Below, in pieces: positions 14,988 through 25,262 of a stretch of DNA of 64,000 nucleotides. The stretch lies in contig CACBFQ010000001.1 of assembly GCA_902538565.1 (NCBI GenBank), forward strand, positions 195,451-259,450, in the 5' to 3' direction. Both the position numbers and the translations under genes were made by a program. Position 1 is the stretch's first letter. Every line of letters begins with the position of its first letter. Below the pieces are notes generated by a model. It worked only from the letters and a program-made list of their open reading frames with translations, was not told the DNA's origin and did no database searches. The stretch is from an uncultured Fidelibacterota bacterium. Lineage in GTDB: Bacteria; Fidelibacterota; Marinisomatia; Marinisomatales; Marinisomataceae.

Positions 14988-15016
14988 AAGATATAAAAAA
15001 CATTGATATATATCAA
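14988..15016 (-). promoter_or_regulatory. sigma70 promoter of the tetR-fad operon
   Basis: TTGATA-17nt-TATCTT on the minus strand. Confidence 0.6.
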
Positions 15017-15061
15017 CAATTCCTTTGCTATTAGAAAATTTTTTTATGTACCTTTAATGAA

Positions 15062-15745
15062 ATGTCTAATGCAAAAAATCCGATAATTGCTCCATCATTG
15101 CTGGGTGCAGATTTTTCAAATCTCCAAAAAGAAATTAAATTTTGTAATGATTCCAAAGCAGAGTGGCTTCATTTAGATATTATGGATCAACAGTTTGTTC
15201 CAAACCTTTCTTTTGGTCCAGGACTTGTAAAATCATTAAGGCAACATTCTAAACTATTTTTTGATGTACATTTGATGGTAAGCAATCCTTTTGATATGCT
15301 TCTACCGTTCATAGATGCAGGAGCAAATGGAATTTCCTTTCATATTGAAGCAACCGAATCACGCTTTACATTTCCGCCTAAAATTTTAATTAATACTATT
15401 AAAAAAAATGAATTGAAGTGCGGGATTGCTATAAAGCCTAACACACCATTTTCAATTTTAAAAAAGTATTTAGAATTTATTGATTATGTAGTTGTTATGT
15501 CTGTCGAGCCTGGTTTTGGTGGTCAAAGCTTCATCCCTTCAACAATTCAAAAAATTTCTGAAATCAATGAATATCTTAAAGAGCAAAAAATTAGAGATAA
15601 AATTATGATTCAGGTTGATGGAGGGATAAAACTAGAAAATTATAAAGATGTATTAGCTGCCGGAGGAGATATTCTTGTAGCAGGATCACAAGTTTTTCAA
15701 TCTGAAGATCCTATTGAAACAATTAAAATAATGCACTCAAAATGA
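15062..15745 (+). CDS. rpe: Ribulose-phosphate 3-epimerase
   Basis: HLDIMD, DVHLM, MSVEPGFGGQ and VDGG motifs. Confidence 0.96.
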   Translation: MSNAKNPIIAPSLLGADFSNLQKEIKFCNDSKAEWLHLDIMDQQFVPNLSFGPGLVKSLRQHSKLFFDVHLMVSNPFDMLLPFIDAGANGISFHIEATESRFTFPPKILINTIKKNELKCGIAIKPNTPFSILKKYLEFIDYVVVMSVEPGFGGQSFIPSTIQKISEINEYLKEQKIRDKIMIQVDGGIKLENYKDVLAAGGDILVAGSQVFQSEDPIETIKIMHSK

Positions 15746-17691
15746 CCAATCATCAAATTACAGATTTTAAAGATTTAAATGATAATCAAAAGGATTTAAT
15801 AACAGTAAATATTATTAAAGGGCTCGTAATAGATGGAGTCAGAAATGCTAACTCCGGACACCCAGGTGGTCCTATGTCTTTAGCAGACTTTACCTATATT
15901 TTGTATTCTGAATTTCTAACAATTGATCCAAAAAATCCTGATTGGGAAAATAGAGATCGAGTGGTATTATCAGTCGGTCATACATGCATGCTCATTTATT
16001 CTATATTGTATTTATGTGGCTATTTAAAAATGGATGATCTGAAAAATTTTAGAAAATTAGGGAGCTTAACTCCAGGTCATCCAGAAATAGAGACTCCAGG
16101 CGTTGATGCAAGTACTGGTCCGCTTGGACAAGGAGTAGGAATGGGAATTGGAATGGCACTAGCAGAAAAAGCTTCATCTAATTCACCATTGAAAAGATTT
16201 ACATACATATTAGCAGGTGATGGCGACTTACAAGAACCAATAGCTCTTGGAGCTAGCACTCTTGCAGGTCATTGGAAATTATCAAATCTAGTAATGTTTT
16301 ATGATAAAAATGATATTCAGATTGCAGGAAATACTTCAAGAGTTGATTCAACAGATTATGCCAAACTTTATGATGCCATGGGATGGCATGTTCAAGAAAT
16401 TGATGGTCATAATCACGATGAAATAAGATTATCTTTAAAGAATGCGCAGTCGAGTGATAAGCCAAGCATAATAATTGGAAAAACTATTATTGCAAAAGGA
16501 AGTTATAGCTTAGAACATAGCCCTAAATCTCATGGTTCTCCATTCAGTGAAGATGAAATTAAGCTCACAAAAGAGAAACTTGAAATTCCTCAGGATTCAT
16601 TTTTCTGCAATGAAGATATTATTGGTCATTTTCAAAGAAATTTTGATTCTTTGAATGACAAAATAGCTTTAATTGATAATGAATTTGAAAAAAATAATCA
16701 AAATTTAAGTCAAATGTTCGAATCATTGTCAGTTCCAGATTTTGGAGACAATCCAATGGCTACAAGGCAAGCATTTGGACTATCTTTAGATGAATTTGCT
16801 GAAAAATTTCAGCATATTATGGGGGGTTCAGCTGATTTAGACGGATCAAACTGTACAACTAACTTTGCTAGCTCATATGATGACTTTTCATCATCTAATC
16901 CAAAAGGAAGGAATATAGCATTTGGAGTTAGAGAATTTCCTATGGGAGCTATTATGAATGGAATTGCTCTTTATGGAAATCACTTTCCATTCGGTGGTAC
17001 ATTTTTGGTTTTTAGTGATTATGTAAGATCAGCAATTAGATTATCTGCAATTCAAAAACTTCATGTAATGTATGAATTTACTCATGATTCAATTTTTGTT
17101 GGTGAAGATGGTCCTACCCATCAGCCAGTTGAACATACAATGTCTCTAAGGAATATTCCTAACCTTCTTGTATTTAGACCTGCAGATGCGTTAGAAACTT
17201 TTTATTGTTTTAAAACAATTATGAAAAATCAAAAAAATCCTAGTGCAATTCTGCTTACTAGACAAAAATTACCAAAACTCAATATTAGTTTAGATAAAAT
17301 TGAAGAAGGTGTAAATAAAGGAGCATATATTTTACATGAAGAAGATAATCCAGATGCAATTCTATTTGCTACTGGATCTGAAGCCCATTTAGCAGTTGAA
17401 ATATGCAGCGGAATCAATAAAAAAATTCAAATAATTAATTTGCCATGCTGGGAACTATTTGAAAAACAAGATAAACAATACGTCTCTTCTATAATGAGTA
17501 GCAATTGCAGAAAAAGAATATCTTTAGAAGCAGGTATAACTACTGGATGGCAAAAATTTACGGGTATTGATGGTCTAAATATTGGTATCAATGAATTTGG
17601 TGCATCTGCTCCTGGAAAAGATGTAGCAAAACATTTAGGATTTGTTAAAGAAAAAATCGCCTCTCTAATTGAGAATTATATAAATGAATAA
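15742..17691 (+). CDS. tkt: Transketolase
   Basis: SGHPG, TGPLGQG, GDG TPP motif, FGVREF and GEDGPTHQP. Confidence 0.96.
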   Translation: MTNHQITDFKDLNDNQKDLITVNIIKGLVIDGVRNANSGHPGGPMSLADFTYILYSEFLTIDPKNPDWENRDRVVLSVGHTCMLIYSILYLCGYLKMDDLKNFRKLGSLTPGHPEIETPGVDASTGPLGQGVGMGIGMALAEKASSNSPLKRFTYILAGDGDLQEPIALGASTLAGHWKLSNLVMFYDKNDIQIAGNTSRVDSTDYAKLYDAMGWHVQEIDGHNHDEIRLSLKNAQSSDKPSIIIGKTIIAKGSYSLEHSPKSHGSPFSEDEIKLTKEKLEIPQDSFFCNEDIIGHFQRNFDSLNDKIALIDNEFEKNNQNLSQMFESLSVPDFGDNPMATRQAFGLSLDEFAEKFQHIMGGSADLDGSNCTTNFASSYDDFSSSNPKGRNIAFGVREFPMGAIMNGIALYGNHFPFGGTFLVFSDYVRSAIRLSAIQKLHVMYEFTHDSIFVGEDGPTHQPVEHTMSLRNIPNLLVFRPADALETFYCFKTIMKNQKNPSAILLTRQKLPKLNISLDKIEEGVNKGAYILHEEDNPDAILFATGSEAHLAVEICSGINKKIQIINLPCWELFEKQDKQYVSSIMSSNCRKRISLEAGITTGWQKFTGIDGLNIGINEFGASAPGKDVAKHLGFVKEKIASLIENYINE

Positions 17692-18124
17692 AACAATTGT
17701 ACTTGCTACAGATCATGCTGGATTTGAATTAAAAGAACATGTAAAAAAAATTCTCATAAAAAAAGGTTATGATATAAAAGATTTTGGAGCATTAGAATAT
17801 GATAAACTTGATGATTATCCTGACTTTATTTTGCCTGCTGCAAAATATATATCCGAACATAAATTGATAGGAATAATTTTTGGTGGATCTGGACAAGGAG
17901 AAGCCATGGCTGCAAACAGAATTAAAGGAATTAGAGCAGCAGTATTTTATAATGGCCCAAATGAAATTGTTGAATTATCTCGCTTACATAATAATGCAAA
18001 TATTTTATCTATTGGTGCAAGGTTTGTAAGCAATCAAGAAGTTGAAAAAGTAATTGAGCTTTGGTTATCAACTGATTTTGAAGAAGGTAGACACGAAAAA
18101 AGAATCAACAAATTAGACTCTTAA
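17684..18124 (+). CDS. rpiB: Ribose-5-phosphate isomerase B
   Basis: DHAG, DDYP, GGSGQGE (Glu-type active site), HNNAN and GRH. Confidence 0.93.
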   Translation: MNKTIVLATDHAGFELKEHVKKILIKKGYDIKDFGALEYDKLDDYPDFILPAAKYISEHKLIGIIFGGSGQGEAMAANRIKGIRAAVFYNGPNEIVELSRLHNNANILSIGARFVSNQEVEKVIELWLSTDFEEGRHEKRINKLDS

Positions 18125-18964
18125 ATCTGCAACAATAAGAAATAGAAGTAGTGGAAAATAGTAGATAGAGGTCTTAAAAATTAATCGAGCATTATCTTTA
18201 TTTTGCTCAAGAATAAATGGCAAACAAAAAAGCATATAAATGTTACTTAAAATATATGCACCAACAAAATATACTCTTCCTGAAACTCCCAAAAAAAATG
18301 GTAATGTGGAAATTGGAATTAAAATTAATGCATGCAAGAAAATATGAAGTACAGTCCTTTTAATTCCATTATCAATAACAGGCAACATTTGCAAACCGGC
18401 ATTTTTATAATCTTCTTTATACATATATGCGATGGAATAAAAATGTGGGTGTTGCCAGAAAAATAAAATTAAAAATACTGCAATTCCACCCCACTCAAGA
18501 GAATTTGTGGCAGCTGTCCAGCCTCCCAGTGGTGGAATAGCCCCAGGTATGGCACCAACTGATGTATTTAGCCAAGATTCTCTTTTTAAGGGAGTATATA
18601 AGAATAAATATAAAATAATTGTTAGAAAAGATAACATGCATGTCAAAAAATTTACTTTAAAGTAAAGAATTAAAAGACCTATTATAATAAAAGAAATGCC
18701 TAAAAATTTTGCAAAATTCAATGATATTTTTTTCGTTGGAAGTACTCTGTTCTTTGTTCTATCCATTAACTTGTCTAATTCAGACTCAATTACATTATTC
18801 ATCACAGAAGAACCTGTAGAAGAGAGTAATGTTCCAATTACTGTAAATAAAAGCAACATATTATCAATTTTACCTTGAGCACCAAGATAAAATCCGATTA
18901 TTGTTGTTGTGAGTACAAGAAAACCAATCCTAACCTTGGTAAGTTCGATAAGATTCTTGAACAT
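18113..18964 (-). CDS. ctaB: Heme O synthase (protoheme IX farnesyltransferase)
   Basis: DKLMDRTKNR, YTPLKR, GAIPPLGGW and WQHPHF. Confidence 0.95.
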   Translation of the reverse strand: MFKNLIELTKVRIGFLVLTTTIIGFYLGAQGKIDNMLLLFTVIGTLLSSTGSSVMNNVIESELDKLMDRTKNRVLPTKKISLNFAKFLGISFIIIGLLILYFKVNFLTCMLSFLTIILYLFLYTPLKRESWLNTSVGAIPGAIPPLGGWTAATNSLEWGGIAVFLILFFWQHPHFYSIAYMYKEDYKNAGLQMLPVIDNGIKRTVLHIFLHALILIPISTLPFFLGVSGRVYFVGAYILSNIYMLFCLPFILEQNKDNARLIFKTSIYYFPLLLFLIVADLRV

Positions 18965-18965
18965 A

Positions 18966-19559
18966 CTATCCTTGATTTAGCAAGGTTACAATATCGCTTT
19001 GTAATTCGAAAATATTAGATTCAACAGTACCTTCGTAATATTTTCTAATATTTAATTCTTTATCAACTAATACCAATCGCGTAGAGTGACCTGCAGGTAA
19101 TAGTGCTGCTGAAAGAAAAAATCCTTTTTCTGATAACTCGATTACATCAAGTATATCCCCTCTCAAGAAAAACCAATTATTTTTATTACTGTAGTTTGAA
19201 GAATATTCATTCAATATGTCTAATGTATCATAATCTGGATCTGTTGTAATAGACAAAAATTGGATATCGCCAGAAGAAGCAAATCTTTCTTGAAGAGTAG
19301 ACATGTTTTCAGACATTATTGGACATGCACCTTCGCATTGAGTGAAAATAAAACTTATGATAGATATCTTATCATTTAACTGTTTTTCAGTTACAACTGT
19401 TCCATCAAAATTTGTCAATGAAAATGACGGAACTTTTCCGATGATTCCAATATTATCGATTCTGGATTTAGTTGCTTTATCAATGATATAGAATCCAAAA
19501 GATCCTAGCATAAAAATAAATAAAAATGCTAAAATAAGTTTTTTATTAAGACTGCTCAT
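18966..19559 (-). CDS. SCO1/SenC copper chaperone
   Basis: FIFTQCEGACP, DPDYD and conserved His; N-terminal TM helix. Confidence 0.9.
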   Translation of the reverse strand: MSSLNKKLILAFLFIFMLGSFGFYIIDKATKSRIDNIGIIGKVPSFSLTNFDGTVVTEKQLNDKISIISFIFTQCEGACPIMSENMSTLQERFASSGDIQFLSITTDPDYDTLDILNEYSSNYSNKNNWFFLRGDILDVIELSEKGFFLSAALLPAGHSTRLVLVDKELNIRKYYEGTVESNIFELQSDIVTLLNQG

Positions 19560-20469
19560 ATTGCAGAGTATTATACAATATAATTATTATTCCTACAAGC
19601 CAAGATGAGCCCCATGTATGAAAAAGTCTTGTTAACTGTGGAAGCTCAAAAAAAATCATTAATTCTCCTAGAAAAATTTGAAACAATATCATTCCAAAAA
19701 TAAAATATATAAGCTGTTTCGATAGACCTAAGAAATCATCTCTAAATAAATAACATAAATATATACTTAAAAATAAAAGTGAAAATCCCAGTACTGAATG
19801 TAAATACTTATAAGAATTTAAAGCATCCAAAAGCTGTCCCTTTGAATACAGAGGGTTATCGATGGCAATTAATTCGATATTAGTCCTTATTCCTGTTCCA
19901 AGAAGAATTTCTATAACAATAAGTCCCCAAAGTGCAATCAAGGATATGGATATTTTTTTTGACAATAAAATATTTGAGAACTTGTTGAAATTAATAAGCT
20001 TATAAGACTCAATAGTTCCATAGCTTAATACAGAAACTAAAAATAGCGCTAATATCATATGTAAACTAACTATAAAGGGATTTAATACTGATGAGACTAC
20101 AATTGCTCCTAACCCTCCATTAGCTCCAACCAGAAATAATGACCATAAAGCAGAATATAAAATTTTAGAATTATTTCTAAAGTATAACACTGCAATAACT
20201 GTCATAATAATAATTGAAAAGCCAACAATTACGCCCAACATTCGATTACCATATTCAATCCATGCAAGTACAATATTAAAAGCGGTAGGGTCGATATGTG
20301 CAGGAATTTGCTCTATACTAGTTGGAGGAACCCATCTTCCAAAACACTTAGGCCAATCTGGACAGCCTAGGCCAGAACCAGATACACGAACAAGTCCTCC
20401 AACAAAAATTAAAAGGTAGGATAGAATGGTTGAAATAAGTGCAGATCTAAAAAAAATCTTATTTGCCAT
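19546..20469 (-). CDS. ctaA: Heme A synthase (COX15/CtaA)
   Basis: SGLGCPDWPKC, WIEYGNR and about 8 TM helices with His residues. Confidence 0.9.
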   Translation of the reverse strand: MANKIFFRSALISTILSYLLIFVGGLVRVSGSGLGCPDWPKCFGRWVPPTSIEQIPAHIDPTAFNIVLAWIEYGNRMLGVIVGFSIIIMTVIAVLYFRNNSKILYSALWSLFLVGANGGLGAIVVSSVLNPFIVSLHMILALFLVSVLSYGTIESYKLINFNKFSNILLSKKISISLIALWGLIVIEILLGTGIRTNIELIAIDNPLYSKGQLLDALNSYKYLHSVLGFSLLFLSIYLCYLFRDDFLGLSKQLIYFIFGMILFQIFLGELMIFFELPQLTRLFHTWGSSWLVGIIIILYNTLQYEQS

Positions 20470-20877
20470 TTAGTGATGATCCTTATCCTCGTGATGTTCA
20501 TCGACTGGGTGGCCGTGTGTATCTGTCAGAGGTAAAGTATCATAAAATGCTGCTCTTTTATTTATTGGGTCTTTTGTTTCTGGATTTAAGCCAAGGTCAC
20601 CTCTGAATCCAGTATCTAACATGGTGATAGTAACAAAGATTCCAAAAAACATTAAAGACATTAAAAACATGGTAAGATTTTTTTTATCATCCCACAATAA
20701 GTGCATAAAAAAGAAAGCTACTAAACTTGCTTTTACGGTTGCAACAAACATAGCAAGAACTATATTAAATGACCCTAAATCAATATAAGAAACCCAAACA
20801 GTTACTCCAGATAAAAATAGTAATGAAGCAGCTATAATTAAGTAGGTTTTTAGTGGTGTTATATGATGTTCTGACAT
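20470..20877 (-). CDS. Cytochrome c oxidase subunit IV
   Basis: KASLVAFFFMHL motif; 3 TM helices; position in the cluster. Confidence 0.88.
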   Translation of the reverse strand: MSEHHITPLKTYLIIAASLLFLSGVTVWVSYIDLGSFNIVLAMFVATVKASLVAFFFMHLLWDDKKNLTMFLMSLMFFGIFVTITMLDTGFRGDLGLNPETKDPINKRAAFYDTLPLTDTHGHPVDEHHEDKDHH

Positions 20878-20883
20878 GTCGTA

Positions 20884-21543
20884 TTATCCAATCAAATAAA
20901 AAAGTGGGAATAAGTAAATCCAAATTAAATCGACTAAATGCCAAAATATTCCTATCATTTCCATTGGCGTATAGTATTCTGAGGTCAAATTTCCTTTCTG
21001 AGTACTGTAGATTAACCATGCAATCAAACCCATTCCAATTGCAACGTGCAAACCATGCAAACCAGTCATAATGAAATAAATGCTGAAGAAAATGTGAGGG
21101 TTGTTCAAATGCGCCGCATCAGGACCCATATAAGAATAAAATTCTCCAGGCAACTGTCCTACTTCAAACTTATGAGTATATTCTAAGTATTTAATGCCCA
21201 AAAAAACCAGTGCAAAAATAAAAGTTGCCACTAACATTACTACCGAAAGCTTTTTATTATTTTTTTGAATAGCCCATATTGCTAAAGCCATAGTAAGAGA
21301 ACTTGTGATTAACACAATTGTATTCATAAGTCCCTTATTAACATCTAATAATTTATGTGCATCAACGAACATATCTGGGTACCAAGATCTATAAACTATA
21401 TATGCAACAAAAAGTCCTGCGAATGTCAAAACTTCTGTTAAAATAAATGCCCACATGGCAAATTTAGATGTCTCATACTGCTGATTTACATCATGAAAAT
21501 AATGCTTTAAATGGGTTGGTGAATCTGGATTATGATGTCCCAT
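20884..21543 (-). CDS. Cytochrome c oxidase subunit III
   Basis: ILTEVLTF, TGLHGLHV and WHLVDLIW. Confidence 0.94.
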   Translation of the reverse strand: MGHHNPDSPTHLKHYFHDVNQQYETSKFAMWAFILTEVLTFAGLFVAYIVYRSWYPDMFVDAHKLLDVNKGLMNTIVLITSSLTMALAIWAIQKNNKKLSVVMLVATFIFALVFLGIKYLEYTHKFEVGQLPGEFYSYMGPDAAHLNNPHIFFSIYFIMTGLHGLHVAIGMGLIAWLIYSTQKGNLTSEYYTPMEMIGIFWHLVDLIWIYLFPLFYLIG

Positions 21544-23165
21544 TATTTCTTATATGTTTTCTCAACAATTACCTGATCATAATCATATGGACCATGCTGC
21601 AATACCGGCTCTTCTTCAAAATTATGAGGATGAGGTGGTGATGAAGTATGTGTCCATTCTAGTGTCATACCTCCCCATGGATTTGAACCTGGATCAACTT
21701 TATTCTTTTTAATAAATGACCAAAATAAATTCATTACAGCTATAAAAATTGAAATACCAAGTATGCCTGACCAAAATGTTGAATAACTATGCAATTCAAC
21801 AAACTGTTCATCATAAGTTGCATATCTTCTAGGCATTCCTCTTAAACCAAGTAAAAATTGTGGAAAAAATGTTCCATTAAATCCTATAAACACACCTAAA
21901 GCAGCAATATTTGCTATAGTTTGATTGTACATTACTCCAAAAGATTTTGGCCACCAATGATGTAGTCCTCCTAGGAAAGCAACAATGGTTCCACCCTGCA
22001 TTACATAATGGAAGTGAGCAACAACAAAATAAGTGTCATGTAAATGAATATCTAATGCAACTGCTCCTAAAAATATTCCAGTTAATCCACCGATTGTAAA
22101 CAAGAATAAGAATGCTAATGCATAAAACATTGGAGGAGTAAAGGAAACCTGTCCTTTATACATTGTCAAAATCCAACTAAAGATTTTTACCCCAGTTGGT
22201 ATTCCGACAAAATATGTAATGAAAGAAAAAACAATCTGTGAAAAGACGGATTGTCCTGAAGTGAACATATGGTGACCCCAAACTAAAAATCCAATAAATG
22301 CAATTGATAGAGTTGAATAAGCAATGAATTTATATCCCCAAATTTTCTTTCTTGAATGCACTGGAATGATTTCACTTATAATACCAAAAGCAGGAAGAAT
22401 CATAATGTAAACTGCTGGATGAGAATAAAACCAAAAGAAATGTTGGTATAAAACTGGATCACCACCTAAAGCAGGATCAAAAATACCTATACCTAAAAAT
22501 CTTTCAAGCATTAACAAAACCATGGTAATTGCCAGAACAGGTGTGGCAGTAATTTGTACTAAGGATGTTCCATATAAAGCCCAAACAAACAGAGGCAACT
22601 TATACCAAGTAAGGCCAGGTATTCTCATTTTATGAACAGTGGCAATAAAATTTAAACCAGTCAAAATAGATGAGAATCCTATAATAAAGATTCCCAAAGT
22701 CATTGGAACTACATTTGATGTACTTTGCGTGGAATATGGTGTGTAAAAAGTCCAACCAGTATCAACACCGCCATTAATGATTGTATACATTGCAAACAAT
22801 GCCCCAAAAGAATAAATATAAAAACTGGCTAAATTTAATCTAGGAAAAGCAACGTCTTTTGCCCCAACCATAAGTGGAAGTAAAATATTTCCTAATGCTC
22901 CAGGAATTGCAGGAATAATAAATAGAAATATCATTATTGCTCCATGCAAAGTATAAGCATTGTTATAAACTTCATTTGAAATTATATCGTTTCCAGGAGC
23001 TGCAAGCTCAAATCTCATTACCAGAGCAAGCAATCCTCCTAAAAAGAAGAATAAAATTCCACTAAATAAGTACATTAAACCAATTCGCTTATGATCCAAT
23101 GTAAGCAACCAGGACATTATTCCTTTTGGATGGTTTAAATAATTCTGCTTTGTATTTTCACTCAT
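21543..23165 (-). CDS. ctaD: Cytochrome c oxidase subunit I, A2-type
   Basis: [15 protein letters not shown] (YS motif), WGHHM and [12 protein letters not shown]. Confidence 0.97.
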   Translation of the reverse strand: MSENTKQNYLNHPKGIMSWLLTLDHKRIGLMYLFSGILFFFLGGLLALVMRFELAAPGNDIISNEVYNNAYTLHGAIMIFLFIIPAIPGALGNILLPLMVGAKDVAFPRLNLASFYIYSFGALFAMYTIINGGVDTGWTFYTPYSTQSTSNVVPMTLGIFIIGFSSILTGLNFIATVHKMRIPGLTWYKLPLFVWALYGTSLVQITATPVLAITMVLLMLERFLGIGIFDPALGGDPVLYQHFFWFYSHPAVYIMILPAFGIISEIIPVHSRKKIWGYKFIAYSTLSIAFIGFLVWGHHMFTSGQSVFSQIVFSFITYFVGIPTGVKIFSWILTMYKGQVSFTPPMFYALAFLFLFTIGGLTGIFLGAVALDIHLHDTYFVVAHFHYVMQGGTIVAFLGGLHHWWPKSFGVMYNQTIANIAALGVFIGFNGTFFPQFLLGLRGMPRRYATYDEQFVELHSYSTFWSGILGISIFIAVMNLFWSFIKKNKVDPGSNPWGGMTLEWTHTSSPPHPHNFEEEPVLQHGPYDYDQVIVEKTYKK

Positions 23166-23185
23166 AAATTCCTCTTAATTTACAA

Positions 23186-24160
23186 TTAAATTTGAGAATC
23201 CTCATTCAATGTTTTCAAAAAGGCAATCAATGCATCAAGCTCTCTATCACTTAGTAATCCTTGATAGGTTGGCATAACTCCTTGATAGCCAGCTACAATT
23301 TGTGTCATTGGTTCTAGTATAGAACTTCTGATATAATTGTCATCTATAACTGTGGAAGTTCCATCATCAAAAACTCTTTCTTGTCCCCACATTTGACTGG
23401 TTTGCAGGTAAGAGGGTCCAACTAAAGCAGAGCCATCAAGAGTGTGACAAGTATTACATGCTTTCTTTGTATAAAGCTTTGCACCTAACTCGTCTAATGG
23501 AAGATCGTCATCTTCAGAACCAAGTTCACTTGCCCATTCTTCATATTGTGCTGGCTGCATAACTATAACTTTTGCTCCCATTTGAGAGTGACCAGTTCCA
23601 CAATATTCAGTACAAAATATATCGTAAACACCTTCCTTAGTAGCATCAAACCACATCACATTATATCTATTTGGCAAACAATCCATTTTACTTCTCATTA
23701 CAGGAATGAAGAAACTGTGTAAAACATCTTTGGATGATAAAACTAATTTAACTGGCTTATTTGATGGAACAACTAACTCATTAAGGGTTGTACCTCCATC
23801 TGGATAATCAAAAGTCCAAAACCAACTTTGTCCAGTAACTTTAATCTCAATAGCATCATCTGGAACAATCACCATTTTTAGATAAGAACGTATACCCCAA
23901 ACAAAGGTAATGGATACTAAAATTAAAGGTATAATAAAAAACATAGACTCAAGTAGAGTACTATGATCTTTGCTGCTCGTCAACTTCAGTTCTTCACCTT
24001 TACGATGACGGTATTTAATTGATAAATAAACCATACCAAAAACAACTATCACGAAGAGTGCTACTGATGAATAAAAAATGAAAAAATATAGGTTATCAAT
24101 ATCACTCGCAAAAGTTGATACTTGCTTGGGAAAGAAAAACTCTGTCAATCTATCTAACAT
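23186..24160 (-). CDS. ctaC: Cytochrome c oxidase subunit II with fused cytochrome c (caa3)
   Basis: DVLHS, CuA motif CTEYCGTGHSQM, C-terminal CNTCH...MP. Confidence 0.95.
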   Translation of the reverse strand: MLDRLTEFFFPKQVSTFASDIDNLYFFIFYSSVALFVIVVFGMVYLSIKYRHRKGEELKLTSSKDHSTLLESMFFIIPLILVSITFVWGIRSYLKMVIVPDDAIEIKVTGQSWFWTFDYPDGGTTLNELVVPSNKPVKLVLSSKDVLHSFFIPVMRSKMDCLPNRYNVMWFDATKEGVYDIFCTEYCGTGHSQMGAKVIVMQPAQYEEWASELGSEDDDLPLDELGAKLYTKKACNTCHTLDGSALVGPSYLQTSQMWGQERVFDDGTSTVIDDNYIRSSILEPMTQIVAGYQGVMPTYQGLLSDRELDALIAFLKTLNEDSQI

Positions 24161-24974
24161 TCAAACTGTCCTTATCAAATAAGTTTTTATCTTTTTTCCA
24201 ATAACTTACTAGCATAATGCATAGAAAAAGGATAGTAAATATACCTCCTAAACGCATAATATTGGTAGCAAAAATTGTATAAGTATTTTTGTATGGATCA
24301 TAATGATAACAATACAAAATAATCTTATCTAAAGTACTACCAATTTTCCCCTCTGATGCTTCTAAAATTCCCAATTTTAAATTCTTAACTGGATATTCAA
24401 TTCCATATAGATATCGGGAAATTTTTCCTTCAGAACTTAGTAATGTTATGGCAGCTGGATGCATATATTCATCTCTCTGTGCATCATAATAATATATATA
24501 ACCAATACTATCTGCAACTTTTTTTATATTTTCTTCTGTTCCAGTAAGAAAATGCCAGTCATCTTTAATATTTTCTAATCCAAATCCCTTGATGTAATTT
24601 TTCTTTTTTTGATTTGCAAATAAGGTTTTTTCATTTGGATTAATATCAATAGTTATAACCTGAAATTCATCTCCAGCATTCAAAGTTAAATTTTTTAATG
24701 ATTCAGCAAGACCATTAAGAACGAGAGTGCATAACATTGGACATTCAAAATAATTTAATGTTAAGACTGTTGGGATCTCCTTATTAAAAAAAGTTGATAG
24801 CTCTACCTCGCTACCGCTCTCATCGATAAACACTGTATCAAGCGGAATATAATCGCCTAAATTTTCAATAACATCTATTTGCTGTTCACTTGGAAATTCT
24901 TTTTTTAAAGTTTGGGCATGCGCAAGACTTGTTAGTAAAAGAAAAATAGAAAGAAAAATACTATTTCTTTTCAT
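24150..24974 (-). CDS. SCO-family protein of the ACIII-oxidase cluster
   Basis: CPMLC, MHPAA, YLYGI; signal peptide and C-terminal TM. Confidence 0.88.
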   Translation of the reverse strand: MKRNSIFLSIFLLLTSLAHAQTLKKEFPSEQQIDVIENLGDYIPLDTVFIDESGSEVELSTFFNKEIPTVLTLNYFECPMLCTLVLNGLAESLKNLTLNAGDEFQVITIDINPNEKTLFANQKKKNYIKGFGLENIKDDWHFLTGTEENIKKVADSIGYIYYYDAQRDEYMHPAAITLLSSEGKISRYLYGIEYPVKNLKLGILEASEGKIGSTLDKIILYCYHYDPYKNTYTIFATNIMRLGGIFTILFLCIMLVSYWKKDKNLFDKDSLNVR

Positions 24975-25260
24975 TCAGAAGGATTTCCTTTGATCTTTCA
25001 ATAGGAATTTGGTAACTGTTTTCTTCACCATCTTTAGCTTTATAGCTATTAAGATTTTCTTGCTCAAATTTATTCAGCTCTTCTAAGTTAGTTGAACGCT
25101 TACTTAATTTAAATTCATAAGTAGTGCTATCAAGAACTCGAATATAGTATTCATAAAGCATGTAAATGGTACCTAGAACAGTTAGAATAAATATAACTCC
25201 CCCTATTAGCACTGGTCTTACTGGAATATCTTTTTTTTCGTACCCTGAATTATAATCCAT
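24961..25260 (-). CDS. Small single-TM protein, probable ActG-like subunit
   Basis: One TM helix; located between actF and SCO. Confidence 0.5.
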   Translation of the reverse strand: MDYNSGYEKKDIPVRPVLIGGVIFILTVLGTIYMLYEYYIRVLDSTTYEFKLSKRSTNLEELNKFEQENLNSYKAKDGEENSYQIPIERSKEILLNEKK

Positions 25261-25262
25261 GA

